The translations under genes and the position numbers were made by a program. Below are positions 50,501 to 63,669 of a stretch of DNA of 64,000 bases, piece after piece (the stretch's first letter is position 1; each line of letters starts with the position of its first letter). The stretch covers positions 434,001 through 498,000 of the forward strand of contig JAYWIR010000027.1 in the NCBI GenBank assembly GCA_036172245.1, read 5' to 3'. The notes beneath the pieces are model-generated. The model did no database searches and was not told the origin of the DNA. It saw only the letters and a program-made list of their open reading frames with translations. Source of the stretch: Raillietiella orientalis. Taxonomy: Eukaryota.

Positions 50501-53500
50501 CCATCACTGTTTCAGTCTGCTAAAGTCCAATAGTTCTGGTCAGGCATGCAGCATTAGTTGGGATCATTTTTTTCATAGTCTGCAACAGTAAGAAACAAAT
50601 AAAATTGGAATAAGCAATGAGGAAATGCTGTTCCAGATATTATCAGAGTCTAAGGCAGGAAGTCTTTCAAGAAGGAACAGCATATAGGCAGGCAACAAGC
50701 AGAACTATTGGCCCTCAAGATTTGGAAGCCTTGCTGGCTATATTGCGTTTAATCCAAAGTGTGGCAGGTAAAATATGTTCAGAATGTTCAAACAGAAAAA
50801 CAAATGATAGCAATCATGGCAATGGTATCAGAAAATGTCAATTGGTCAGATTGAAGTCATATGTGAAATTAGTTTTGTTGGAATTGGATCTATCATGCCA
50901 TCATGAATTTAACAAAATGTATGAGAAAATCACAAAGACTCTTTCAAATTACTAAGCTATAGTTAAACAAGACAGAGGTGTATTTTTTAAATAAGTATGT
51001 TCCAGAAAGTGAAATTGAAAGTAACAAGTTTGACTTTTCTTGTGACTGTTCAGAACTTTTGGATTCAACCTTATTTCAAGTGCGAACAATGTTTGAAATC
51101 TTGTTGTTTTTTAAAGTACTTGCTTCTGAAACTTGTTTTTTATCGCAGATTGCTACCCACTCAAATTTAGTAATCCATTTCAAGAAAAAATATTTGCTAG
51201 TTAAAAGGAAGGTAAATAGATATCATTGATTCAGCCTCTGCTCTGACATCTCGTAGTTAATCAGCATTTACTAAAACAAACTAAAACTGTAACTGAAATG
51301 TTAGGCAAGTGAAGGCATCTGTAATAGTTCATTTTTCAATAAGGAAAGTGATTTGTCCAATCAAATACAAAACAGTAAATCAAAGAAAGTAAGTCAGGTG
51401 GAGGAATCCTTGAAATAAACAAATGTTTGTATTTACGATTTAGAGACTGATATTTGATAGTTGCTTTATGTAATCAGGATTTGAGCAACATGTGAAATGA
51501 AGTGTTTAAGTATATGCATAAAATGGTATTCCACAGTTTTTTAGTTATTTTGTTAGTTGATATAGGTAGAAAGGATTTTTTTTTTTTTTCTGGGAGAAGC
51601 AGTATCATAGCAAAAGTGCCTTGTTTTGGATCTGATTTTAAAATTTTTACACTGCTCATGTGATTTTGGTATTTTGTTAAATATTTGTACTATTTTTTCC
51701 AATTTTTGATATATTGTTTTATCCTTGTAACCTTTTTACATTCCAAATTTTAAAAATGTTCTTTTGCCATTTTTCGGCTAATAAACATTTAGACTTTTTG
51801 CATTTAAATCATTTTTGCCTTTTATTTTATTAAAGCATTCCATGTTCACAATAGTTGATTTCATTGAATCAATACAATGCAATTTATTTATGTTGAATTT
51901 GCATCTATGCGTTTCAAAAATGATAAAGCATGGGAGAGGATATTCGTACTTTGCTTTTCATAAATTCTTAGGAATTGATTCTGTCTGGCTCTGAATTCAA
52001 GATTTTAGTAAGATTGTGTTTAGACATTACTTATTTTTTGTTTTAAAATTACTTTCCTCACATTAGGTTTTGAAATTTCTGCATATAAATTTCTCCTTGT
52101 AGCTCCTGGAAACTTTGTCTGTTCAAAGAGTATCATTTTGGTTTTTGTACTAAAAATTTAGCTCTAAGTGTTGCTGTTCATTCTGCCTTCGCATATTCCA
52201 GATTTGAGTGAATTGAAAGGAAGTGTAAGCTCTTCAGAAGAAAATGTTGAGTTAGAGTAGAATACAGAGACTTTCAAATAAGGAAAATGTTGCATCAATA
52301 TTCTAATTTGTTGTATGCTTTCTTTGCAGGCCATGATGAAACTGCAAGAGTGGCACTCTGTGATCATCCAGTTTGGCTTCCTGTAGTGAAACTTCTTGGA
52401 CTGTTGACTTGTCCTGTAGACATCTCCCTTAAAGCGCAATTATTGCTGACCCTTAGTGCTTTTGCTCAGAGTGCAGATCTTGCTCCATCTATGTGGCACA
52501 GTCTTGAAGCTGCTCAAGTTTTACAAACATTACCTACAAGCATCAGCTCCTTCCGTAGAAGTGGTATTTATGTAGAATTGGAAGAAGTGGAGACCCGCAA
52601 TGAAGAATTCCCATTAACTCATGCTTTTGTGACATTATTGGGTGTTCTTGCTGAAAACTGTCTTCCTTATAGCCTGGGGATGGGCTCTCGTGCTCCAGGT
52701 TTGGATCCGTACATAGAATTTGTGAGGGATTCTGTTCTACTTAAGTTCCACACACGATCATATTGTGACCCAGCTGAGCAGGTAATGTTGCAGTCAAATG
52801 TTTCTTTGATAAAGAACTGTTGCAGTGGAAGGTATGCTGCTGCTGTTTGCAATTCCTATTCAAACTTCTGGATACCTATTCTCCAAATCTGGAGGACTTT
52901 GGTGAAGTAATGGTAGAAGTGACAACTGGTTCCCAAGTGGTTGCCAATAAGGTTCCTGGATTTGGAATGATGCTCCAGTTGTTGCATGATTCTCCTTTCT
53001 TAAAGATTGTGAGCATCTCAATCAAAAGTTATGAATTTATGACTATATTTGATCAGCTCTTGTATATTTTGGATGAAGGCTGCCACTTACTAGACCAGTT
53101 TGTTCCCTTCCCAGGGAAAGACTACTGTCAGAGTAGTTGTTTATTAGCAATTCGAATAATTCACACAGCTCTGCAGAAACAGTCATGCTTCTTACAGTTA
53201 TTGCGAACTTCTGGCAGCTCTTTACTTGTGGTTTCCCTGGACAGATTGCTACTAGGCACCAATTCACGCAGTGGCAAGCCAGATCATCTTCTGAATCTGG
53301 CCAAATTCGTCACCTATTGCCATTGGTTGCCTGATCATGCTCATTTAGCAATACAGGTTTTCATTCTGCTAGCACACTGTCCCCCTGCTCCACCAGCAAT
53401 GGTTGCCACTCTAACGTGTGATCCCAGTCATCGTCTTGCTATTTTACAAGGCTTTGTGGAATGTTTGGGTGGCGAACTGCCATGCAAAGTAGGTTGTTTC

Positions 53501-56500
53501 TGGTTCAACTATTCTTTTGACTTTGGATAGTAGAAGAATGCAGAAATTCAGCTCGATGTCCTTAGGCTTCTGCATTTTCACTTGGAGTTACCGTCCGCTC
53601 CCAATTTGGCACACTTCCTGCTTGGTTTCAGCATGGATCGCTGTCCACTAGTGCAGCAAACTTTACAAGATGCTGGCTTGCAGGCGCCACGTTCATGTTT
53701 GCATCAGTTACTCCAATTGTTGGATGATGCTTCAGATGCCACTGCCATAACAGAGATGAGCTATCGTGTGATTTATGACTTGTGCCAAGGAGCACAGACA
53801 GCACTGCCCACTTTACGCTATTTGCGTACCTCTAAAGATTTCTTTTTTGCTCATCTAAACAAATTGTCTGACATCAAACACTGTTCAAGTGTATCTTTCT
53901 TGAATCAGTGCAGTTGGCTATTGAAAACAGTCGCCATTGATCTCAAAGCAGTTGCTGCAGACCGTCATAATTCGTACTTGCAAAGAATGGCCAGCTTGTT
54001 GGTGGATGATTGCATGGAGGCTGCGCCTTTGACTGATTTCCGTGAGTTTTTTCATACCATACGAGACCATGGTCGGATAGGTTCTCAGAGTGGTCATATG
54101 CTTTTGCTGCTTCTTAAATCTCTGGATTTTGAATACGAAAATGTTCTACCAGTGGAATGGCGTTATTTCGATCCCAAACACGTTAGCATGGCTATTCAGC
54201 AATGCGAGCAGCTAGCTGACTGGTCAATTAAGATGGTTAACATCAGCAAATTGCAGACCATGCTTCAGTCAAGCTTGACTAATCTACAGAGTGGTGTTCA
54301 ACGGAATCTTCTAGTCCAAGAAATCAAGGTGTGTATTTGGATTTGACAAGAGTAAGCAGCATTTCTCATCTAGGACATTTTGAGTTATTCCACAAGATTG
54401 AATCAAATGGTAAAGTTGGTGGCTGCTAAGCTGAGCTATCTGGAAGGCTGGCGTCAGATCACCGAAGTCTTTCTTATATGCTGTAGCTTGGATATCATGA
54501 AAGGCACCAAGCTGCAGCGACTCATTTTGGATTTGATGCAGGAGTTGTTATCAAAGGTGTCTTCAGATCGAGTCATCCCGGAGCTCATGCAGATTGCTGC
54601 AGGGGTCATTCTCCTACTTCTTGCTAGTCTGCGTTGTTGCCACATCACAGAAAGCAAAGTGAAACAAGCAGAAAAACAAGGCTTGAGGTACTCAGCAGCT
54701 CTTCAGATAATTTTACAAGGACTATTAAATTGTGTGCTTCGAACTCGTGAGTATGTCATTTAGAGTAAGTTGTTATGGATCATTAGCAGGTCGTGGACAA
54801 CAGAGAGTAAGCATTCATTTTTATGGAGCTCTGATGCACTACCTTCGTTTGGAGCAAAACTCTGCTGATCAGGACCGTTTTATACATGAGAGTCAGGATA
54901 TGATCTCCAGCTTTGGGCACACACTCATGGAAGTTTTTTGCCAAGATGCATGTGTTGGCCATGATATTGCCAAGGTTCAAGCTTTGTGGACTTGACTAGC
55001 AGTTGTTTCCTTTTCCTCTAAGCAGATGGAAGCTTTAGGTTGCCTGGATCTGATGTTATCACTGGAGTGCGGTCAGAATTGGCTGCAGTATCTAAGCTCA
55101 AGAGGTTCCCTGAAACATTTAGTGGACAGTTTGGCAACAGACAATGATGCTATGCTGACTGAGTTGACACCCCAGCCATATCCTATACGTACAATCGAGT
55201 TATATAATTGCCGTATGGTGAGTTCTCAGCACCATCCTGTATATATCTTTTTATTTTGCTTCTAGGCCTTATTCTGTCGTGTTGCTTCTACTCCCGAGGG
55301 TGCACAGTTACTTTTAAAAAATGGCCTTCTAATACATCTGGCCAAGATGAGTGTATTTGAAGCACGACCATCCAATGTTGGCAGGTACCAGACCTTATCG
55401 ATTTTCACATCTCTCCATGTATACAAAATTCAGTAGAACTACTTAATAGTTAGTAGCTAGAATTTTCAGCATACTTTTGCTAAAAGTATTGGATTTTTAT
55501 TTGTTATTTAGTTAAATAATGTAGATCAGGATAGATTAAACTACAAAGAGATTAAATCACAGGGTGAACTCGTCAGGTTGGCAGTGAAGTTTGTAGGTTT
55601 CAAAGTTTTCTTTGTGTTGTGCACATTTTTTTTGCACTGCTTGATATGATGTGATGATATTTTTGTGTGGAGATAATTACTCTCTTAATCAGTGCTCTGT
55701 AATTCAGCTCTTTAGGTTTAGGTTCAGTCATCACTTCATTTTCTCATTGATATGCTTCGTCATTCTCGTTACTTTTAAAGATTTCATCTCAGGAAAACTC
55801 TGGATTCCATATTCCAGTTATGCAAATTCGTCTGTTTTGTGCATGCTGGTAAGCATATGGTTGCCTTTTGATTGTTAATTTGAAAATGCCTTAGATCTTC
55901 ATTGTTTGGATGCTTGAATTAATGATCTCATAATCATTTCAAAATCAAGGTTGAAAAAATGGCATTTTGTTTTCTCATTTTACTTTTAAAGCTTAGGGAT
56001 CAAGCACAGTTTTGATTTCAGAAGAAAACTTTATTTTGTAGACTTTAAATTCAGTTCATATGTGCTTTTGCTGTGCAGTGCATGACTTTTGTGAACTTGT
56101 TGATCTTGAACATTGCTGCTTAGGTAAACTAGTTTTGTTTATCCTACTTTGTTCACTCTTGATCAGTTCATGGTTGTTTTCATTTCAGGTTTTTCATATT
56201 TCTAGGTTTCCTCATTTGCAAATTTCTCAGATTAAAAGGTTGATTTCATCAAATGGAAATCCATATTTTAGTGGGCTTCCTAAGCTATGGATTTCTGTTT
56301 TGGTAATATTTTTTCTTTTTTTAAAAAGTACCCCAAGCTGTTTGGCAAACAGTTTTTGCTCTTAATCAATGCTCATTCTTTTTTTGATTTCTTTGTAGTG
56401 TAGAATGCATCAATAATGGTTTTACAGCATTATGTACACTTGGTTTAGTTTCTTTATTTTGTTTAGGTATGACTTTGCTCCTTGCTTTTTTATAATCTTG

Positions 56501-58132
56501 TTAGTATTGCTTTTCGTATAAACTTCTGGTATTCTTATCTTGCAGCCGCAAGCAGAATGTTATTGCTCTGCTTTGAAAGTAATTGCATGTGTCTAGAAAA
56601 GTTATTGTCCACAGTATTGCATTTGGCTAACATTTTGTATCCAAGCCAGTAGTCAGTTAACAAATGCTGAGTTTGGGTGGGAGAAATCTCAGAAAATGGT
56701 GAATTAAAGCTCTTTCACATTAATCACGAGTTAAGCATTTATTTAATTTGTTTCTTAGTTTGTCATTTCCGGAGTTCTTGGAAGAGGAACCAGTGCTTCC
56801 TAGTGTGGAACAGAGGTTCAGGCAGATTTTGCTCCCTGCCTTCCGTCTTTGTCAAATCATCTTGACATCATTAGGTTTAGCCAATGCATCTGGAAGCCAC
56901 CAAGTCAGTGGGAACATGTTTTAGGCATTGAAATGCTTCCAGGTCTTGTATTTTCTGCTGCCACACAGTGAGACCATGCTGGCCATTTTAAAGGCAACTC
57001 ATCCTTGCACGAGGTTGGCTCTTTTGGAAGAATTACAGATGCTGACGAGTTTGTTGACAGCTGTAGCGCATGACAGTATGTGTAGGCTCTTATCCACCCT
57101 TAGTGATGACATTACTCTCAGATGACATTGATACCTCTGATCCTGCTGGCCTCAGACTACAGAGTCAGGTGGCATATTTTCAGCGCTATATGCTATCTTT
57201 GCTCTCTGCTTATTTGTTGCAAGAACGGAATTGGCGTCAGTGGAATCATTCAGGCGCATTTGCATATCAATCAGCATATCTAAAGGTACTACAGAATGTG
57301 CTAGTCCATTTAAGCACCATTGTTAGTCGGAGCATGAATTCAAAAAGTAGTCGCATTCTCTTCATGCCCACATTTGTGGAAATGTTGTCCAAAGATATAT
57401 TTGGTGCTGAAAGTAAGCTAGAATGTTGAGCAACAGTTTAATTGATAACACAGCAGATGCAAAAACTGTGAGTTTATTGCCATCGCGACCTTCAGGAGTT
57501 GGTTTGCTGGTGTGCCACATTCAGCATCTCTCCCAGATATTGCTGCTTGTACAGCAAGATTTTCAAACACAGAAGCACAAACTCTGCAATGTGGACAGCA
57601 TGACTACAGATCAAATTCAATCATGCCTGGGTGATAAAACAGTTACAAATGCAGCTGCTCAACGGTTGCAAGTATCACAGCAATTCAGAAAGCATTTGGA
57701 TTTTCTTGAAGAACAACAAAGCATGTTGATAACATGCCTGGAATCATGTCTTTTTCTTTTGTGGCGCCATTTAGAGTTCTATCTGATGGAGTGCACTCCT
57801 TCTGATCAGTCTAGTGCTCTGCCCCATGTTCTGAGCTATGTCAATAAACGTACTCCTTCCAATGATTCCCATCATCCTGGTGCAGACAGCCCCATTGGTA
57901 TTACCAAAGGAGACTTAGAAAAATTGCGCCAAGATATGCCCACATGTTTAGGAGAAATTTTTTTCTCACGCCTGGGAGAAATTGAGAAGGTTAGTTTGAA
58001 TTCATGTCAGCTAAATGTTTTATTTTCCAGAAAATGAATCAGATGGATGGAAGCTTAAATTTCCTAGGAGCCATGGTAAGAAGATTGCAAAGATTACTGT
58101 TATCCCATACATCTCCCAAATATACACCTTTA
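47582..58132 (+). CDS. Nup205: Nuclear pore complex protein Nup205 (about 1892 aa)
   Basis: 21 exons: 47582-47734, 48896-49067, 49120-49519, 49570-49706, 49751-49918, 49960-50066, 50112-50587, 50637-50767, 52330-52781, 52826-53008, 53057-53488, 53534-54328, 54374-54746, 54790-54974, 55026-55217, 55266-55384, 56759-56903, 56943-57075, 57122-57412, 57457-57989, 58031-58132. All introns are GT-AG with consistent phases, total 5679 nt. A few acceptors are ambiguous by 3 nt. Motifs GLIAVLLYYDG, KVKELRNQADE, ISWDHFFHSL, ELEEVETRNEEFPLT, APNLAHFLLGF and LFLLWRHLEFY match animal Nup205. Confidence 0.96.
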
Positions 58133-58181
58133 AGATGATGTAGCATTTGTTGCTTATTATTGTATTATAAGTTGCAGTGCT

Positions 58182-59457
58182 TCAGAGCACACGTGCAATC
58201 ACTGCTTCCAGCCAGGAATGCAAATCAAGTTTCTGTAGAGTGTATTTCCATACTGGTATGAGGATTCTACACACCTGATGCACAAACTGATTTGCATATG
58301 CATATATACAGATGATCACATCAGGCAGATGTTGCAAAATTATTTTTAGTGCATCACAAATGTAGTGTGAAAAAACAGAAATGCCCAGCTGCAGTTTAGG
58401 CCACACAAGTTTAGCCACTTCCTTCAATTTAAGCCACAAGTGAAAAAACATTTGTGGATAGTAATTTGTGAAAATAATCATTGTTGAAAACAATAATATT
58501 AAGAATGGTATCCATAAAAATTTCCAAGGAATTACCTTTCTGGAATCTAAAAGTATGGTGTCTGCACACCAACAATGTAAAAAAACAAAAGAGAAGTACT
58601 GATTTACCTTTGTGCAATTGTTTAGAAGGAAGTGATTGTACTTTTGGCTCTGTTTTGGGAGTTCCTTTGGGTAACTCGCATGGTTTGGCATAATTCTTCA
58701 AAGCAGGTAGCTCTTTAGTCAGTTTGGGTCTTTTTTTGCAAGAATTGAGGGGCTTTGGAGTACTCTGCTCTATTAAAAATTTTCGAAAATTCTATAAAAA
58801 GCATTCTGTTACCTTCATTTTCAATTGTTTTTGTTATCTGTTCAATGTGCTGTTGTTTAAAGTGTTTAACAATTCTAACTGCACATTCCTGACACTCTTT
58901 GTCCGTACTACAGCCACCAGCTTTTGCTTTTAATACTTCAGATAGAGGATTATCTTTGAGGTCCAACCATCTTAAGTTAACCAATTTATAAAAACTACCG
59001 GGAAGGTTTTCCAGCTAGGCGATTGATTAAAGGCACAAATATTTTTAATTAACCATCTTACTTGGTTCTTCCATAAATCCAAATATTTCAACTGAGTCAG
59101 TTCTCCAAAAGTATCTGGGAGACATTTTAGTTTATTCTGGCTCAAATCCAAATGCGTGAGATTTTTAAGAACACTGATTGTTTCCTAAAACTTATTTAAA
59201 GGATTATTGTTTGATTTATTTCACTCACGGAAAGATCCACCAGCTTATTATTTGACAAATCAAGCTTTTTGACTTTAGCTTGACTTCCCTAAACATATAC
59301 TGAAGCCGCCGTAGAAAATTTTTTAAAAACCTCTACTTACAATATAAGAGAACACCATCTCGGGAATTCTATTAAGACTCATTAGGCTCAGATCCGCTCT
59401 GTCATCACTAATTCTATCTTTAATTTCATGCTTTAATTTCTTCCGTGGCGTCTCCAT
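58182..59457 (-). CDS. LRRC59: Leucine-rich repeat-containing protein 59 (ER/nuclear envelope membrane protein), 347 aa
   Basis: Exons 59341-59457, 59229-59288, 59062-59184, 58813-59014, 58608-58769 and 58182-58561, with GT-AG introns of 43-52 nt. LRRs (LDLSNNKL, LDLSQNKLKCLPDTFGEL, LDLWKNQLENLP) are followed by NLRWLDLKDNPL...AGGCSTDKECQECA, typical of LRRC59, and a TM segment (FLWIPFLILLFSTMIIF). Confidence 0.9.
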
Positions 59458-61490
59458 GTTTTGCTATTTCAAATTCTAACTCAGGAAGACGAAACACGTA
59501 TCTCTGCAGGACCTGCCACTATCACAACAATTCATATTTTGAAGAATAGTTTACGTAGTGCTAATTATATTTTGATGAATTAATTCGATTCGGTATAGCG
59601 CAATGAATTTTCAATAAGATTAATTTTGAGAACAGCTAAAGCAAACTTGTAATGTACTTTCAGTATGTTTTCAGGTAATACCTGTTAGCTACGAGAAATA
59701 TTTCATACTTTCGTTGTATTTGATATACATGCACGAAACCATATCAACTCAAGACCAGACACTTGCAAATAATTAGAAGGATTTGGATCTCCAATTTTTT
59801 TCCCAGGCCCAAATTACCTTATTTACTAACTCATTCTCAGATTTGAAAAGCAGCACAACGAAGCCTTAGGAATTGCATACAACATTTATGAAATTTGTAT
59901 TAGGATCAATACTTTCGCAAAATACATTTGTCAAATGAATATGAAATAGTGATAACTTTTATATTTTTCATAAGCCTTCTTTTTATTGCTGAGCATTCAA
60001 AACACAGTAGCGATTTATTCAGAGAGTTATACCTTTCCGAAACTCTTGCAGCCTCTTATACTAGATAGCCCAAACTATACTCAACAAACATTCTTTGAGT
60101 GGACCCCCAAAAGGATTCATGATGTCAAAGATGCATTTTATTTTTGTTAAATGAAACAATCACATCCATGCATAATAATATGGTCACATTATGATGCATC
60201 AATGAAAGTTTTATTGCCTATTCATTTAATCATTTGCATTTATAATCTGCCTGAGTGCATGAAGGGAAAACAAGGGAAAAGAAAATTACACACTACTCAT
60301 ATCCAATTATTTTTCCGTTCAATTATTTATAAAAATAGAAATTTCAGAATGAAGCTTCATATAAATAACCACTCTTGACAACCTGGGATCCATTTTCAAT
60401 TCGTATTTGTAATATATACAAAAGCATGACTCTATCCAAATGAATGACTGTCCTTCATTCCTGAATACTTATAAAGCCCCTGCAAAATCGCCGCACCGGA
60501 TGTCTTTCTTTTCATGGGATAGTTATTAACTGTTTGTCGCAACATCTCAGGAAGGCATTTAACAGGGACTCGCTCAATATTCAAACAAAAAATCAGATCG
60601 AGAAGTCAGTCATGTGGTTGAGATTGCAAATGGCACAATATGCTCGGCCTGAAGTACACATCCGCCTGTCTTGTGAACATTTGCAGCGCCTTCAAGGTGC
60701 GCCATGACAATCTTGCATTCTACAGCATGGTGGAAACTTCAATTATTCAAAGTTTCCAGAAAGGTCCCTTATTTGCAGAGTACTATTTCTTCTTCTGCCT
60801 GAAATGCAAACCGATTTCGAATTCATAAAATGCTTTTACTTCCTCCAAAATTTGAAATGCCAATAGCGTGCGGTTGAAGTAACTTGAAGAAAAGGCTTTT
60901 AAAAGTACAGAAAAGAAATTCGAAGTATATGGGGAAAGGAACAAGCAGTTCGAAGTTATGAACAGGTGGTACAAGTGTATGATATATATCTATATCTCTA
61001 TTTCCTTTTAGTCTTCTTAAATAGGAAAAGTCCGTTGTCACATTCACGTCGTTCTTTCAATTTGCATCCACACGGATGAGATTTTAGGGAATCACAATCT
61101 CACAATAAAAAACAAATTGACTGAAAATAATAACGGCATAATTATGCTTCCAACATTCGCTCTCTTTCCCATGGGAGATTTCAACTCGCAATAATTTTGA
61201 GTGCAAAATTATTCCGAGCTGGAAAAAAAAAGGAACTTCGGATGGGTTCAGCTATTCGATCCCATCGACGATCTCATTATCCTAAGGATCGATTGCCTTC
61301 CAGTTCAAATCTCCTCATAAAATGAGGCATATTGACTGCAGTGTCCCCAGGTCCGACAAGCGGTGGGGTGCATTTACTGAAGCAAATTTTGAACTTTAAA
61401 CAAACAACTATCAGTCTTTTCTGTCCTTACCATGTTTTCACCACTAACAACTGTACTGGTTTTGTTTTCAATTCATCCTTTCCCTTCACT

Positions 61491-62150
61491 TTATCGCATT
61501 GGCGTATTTGGAAGTTTGGGTTCAAGGCGGGCCGGGATCGTTCCTCTCATCTGGGCGTAATCGTTCATCTTCCTGAGGATGTAGCGATACCTCCAGGATG
61601 GGACCCTACGGCAGCTCCTGATCCCGATCTCCCTCATTAGCAGGACTTTCAGAGTCTCCCATGTCGGTACTCTTCGTCCAGATGTGTGCATCTTTGCCCT
61701 TCTGATCACAATTGCTGTGACGAAGAGGGCAAGCGTGGTTCGAACCATCGGGTTGTACAGTTGGACGTTTCGACTCTCCTGAAACAGACCCCCCAGAATT
61801 TTCGCCTTCACGCTTCTCCGCAGCCCAGTCCCCGCCTTCACCGCCTGCCAATCCGGTAGAAGCGTGGGGCGGGTGAACACATAGAGCTGTTCTCTTCCGC
61901 TCCACATGCCTTGCAGCGTCCGTCCTGTATGTTGCCGGTGCAGTGTTGCAGTCTCGAGACAGCTAGGATCCCTCCGTAGAGAACAACAGGAGCTCGTCCT
62001 GGGTGTCCGGGGGAAGGTCACTCCTCCGGAGTGCAGCCCCGACCGCCTGCACGTTTGTGTGCGCAAGTCCGCAGAGGCTCCAGGCTGCATCGAGGGCGTC
62101 GTCATCTTGATGTTTCTTCCTTGGTACTGACTTTCGTCATCAGCAGCCAA
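61491..62150 (-). mobile_element. Decayed L1/Tx1-like retrotransposon ORF2 3' end (zf-RVT/CCHC region)
   Basis: Across two frameshifts it reads AAWSLCG...ALRRSDLPPDTQDELLLF / GILAVSRLQHCTGNIQDGRCKACGAEENS / YVFTRPTLLPDWQAV...KILGG. This matches the LPP..D....GIL...RL...CxxCG.EE...F..P.L..W pattern. Confidence 0.5.
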
Positions 62151-63570
62151 GTCTGATGCGGCGGCTGTTTACAAAGCTCCCGTGTTCTGTAACTGCAACT
62201 CCCTTTTATCTGCATGCTCAAGCAAAACCTCGACTTGGGGGCGGTTCCCGCTGGTGGCGAAATGTTCGCAGTGATCCACTCTCAATCTTCGCCTCTGGTG
62301 TGCACCGATGAAAGTCGCCCTGGGAACGGGGACAAAGTAGAGTATGACAAGGGCCACTTCTTCATCCCAGATATCCTAGCTCCTAGGCACGATCCTGAAT
62401 TGGTGAAGCCTAACCAGTGACTGCCAAATGTTGGCAAGATAGTGCTGCGAAACTTATGAATCCCATTCATCCTAATTTTGAAAACATTTATAACAGCGGC
62501 AGTGTAAGAGAGTGGCTGAAAGACGCATCGACTGAGTCTTCAAAGACGCGGTTTAAGACATAGCTTAAAATTCGCTCTCTTTCGGATGCTTTCACGAGTG
62601 AAAAGAATTCCTACCATTCCTAGGGCAAGAAGCTCTGAGAACTCACTTCAGTAAACCTGCATGCATGATTCCGAACAACTACCTGCCATGTGTGTTCCCA
62701 CCCTGTAGAAAGTGCCATTTCTCAAGTATGGCGTCGCTTCCAACAGCCAAGAAATTTGTCCGGAAGTGTTCTGGAAATGAAAACAAACGGAATCACAGAG
62801 GAGCAGGCTATTAAAATAAGCCAACAAAACAGTTTCCCCAGATTGTCTAATGGTTCTGGCACTTCAATGTGAGACACTGTAAGAATCTTAACTTGATCTT
62901 ATTCTGTATAGGAGAATAATCCTTTCAAAGAATTGAAAACAAAACAAGGGTTCGAAGAAAGAATTCCCGAAATCTGCGACAATTCAAATTCCGTTTTCCA
63001 GTCTATGGGCAATGAGCAGCACTCCGTTTTTGATGAGCCAATTTAAAGAACATTCCTCTCTCCATATAAGATGGACCTGCAGATATGGAGATGCAGACTT
63101 CCTTCGTGCATCAAAGTTTGAAAAGCTTATAAGAAACGGGCGTGCGTGAAAGCATCAAATCTCCACTAAACAGGATAACAAGGAAGTGTACCTAAACAAT
63201 TGTCTAAAAGATATTCGAATACAGCAGTTTCTGAAAAAGAATGAAAAGAATGAAATGTCAGAACCTGGGAATTCCATGGATAACATCAACGAAATACTTC
63301 AAGACGAACAAAGCCTTGCGTTGCAGCAATTGCTGGGACTCTCAAAGCAACTAAAGAAGCCTACCAGTTGCTTTCCCAGAAATCATAAGCCAACGGATTT
63401 TCACTTCAGCAGCAGAGAACATGAACATCGACCCTTCTCGCAGCTACGAGGAACATCGATAGCGAACTTCATCTTTACGAGTTGCAGCACAAGATGAACA
63501 CATCCAAACAGCAAAAAAGCAGAGGTAGGAGCCAAACCACCACGACCGAACCAGCTGCCGGTTTCTCCTT

Positions 63571-63669
63571 NNNNNNNNNNNNNNNNNNNNNNNNNNNNNN
63601 NNNNNNNNNNNNNNNNNNNNNNNNNNNNNNNNNNNNNNNNNNNNNNNNNNNNNNNNNNNNNNNNNNNNN
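63571..63669. other. Assembly gap (about 100 N)
   Basis: Run of N bases. Confidence 0.99.

Noticed and set aside
62214..62420. YDKGH resembling the DRGH motif of non-specific endonucleases
   Set aside because: Isolated five-residue match in a short ORF with no other family motifs.
62560..63560. Coding-like plus-strand stretch vaguely resembling Helentron Rep
   Set aside because: Multiple stops, no diagnostic motif, and truncated by the gap.
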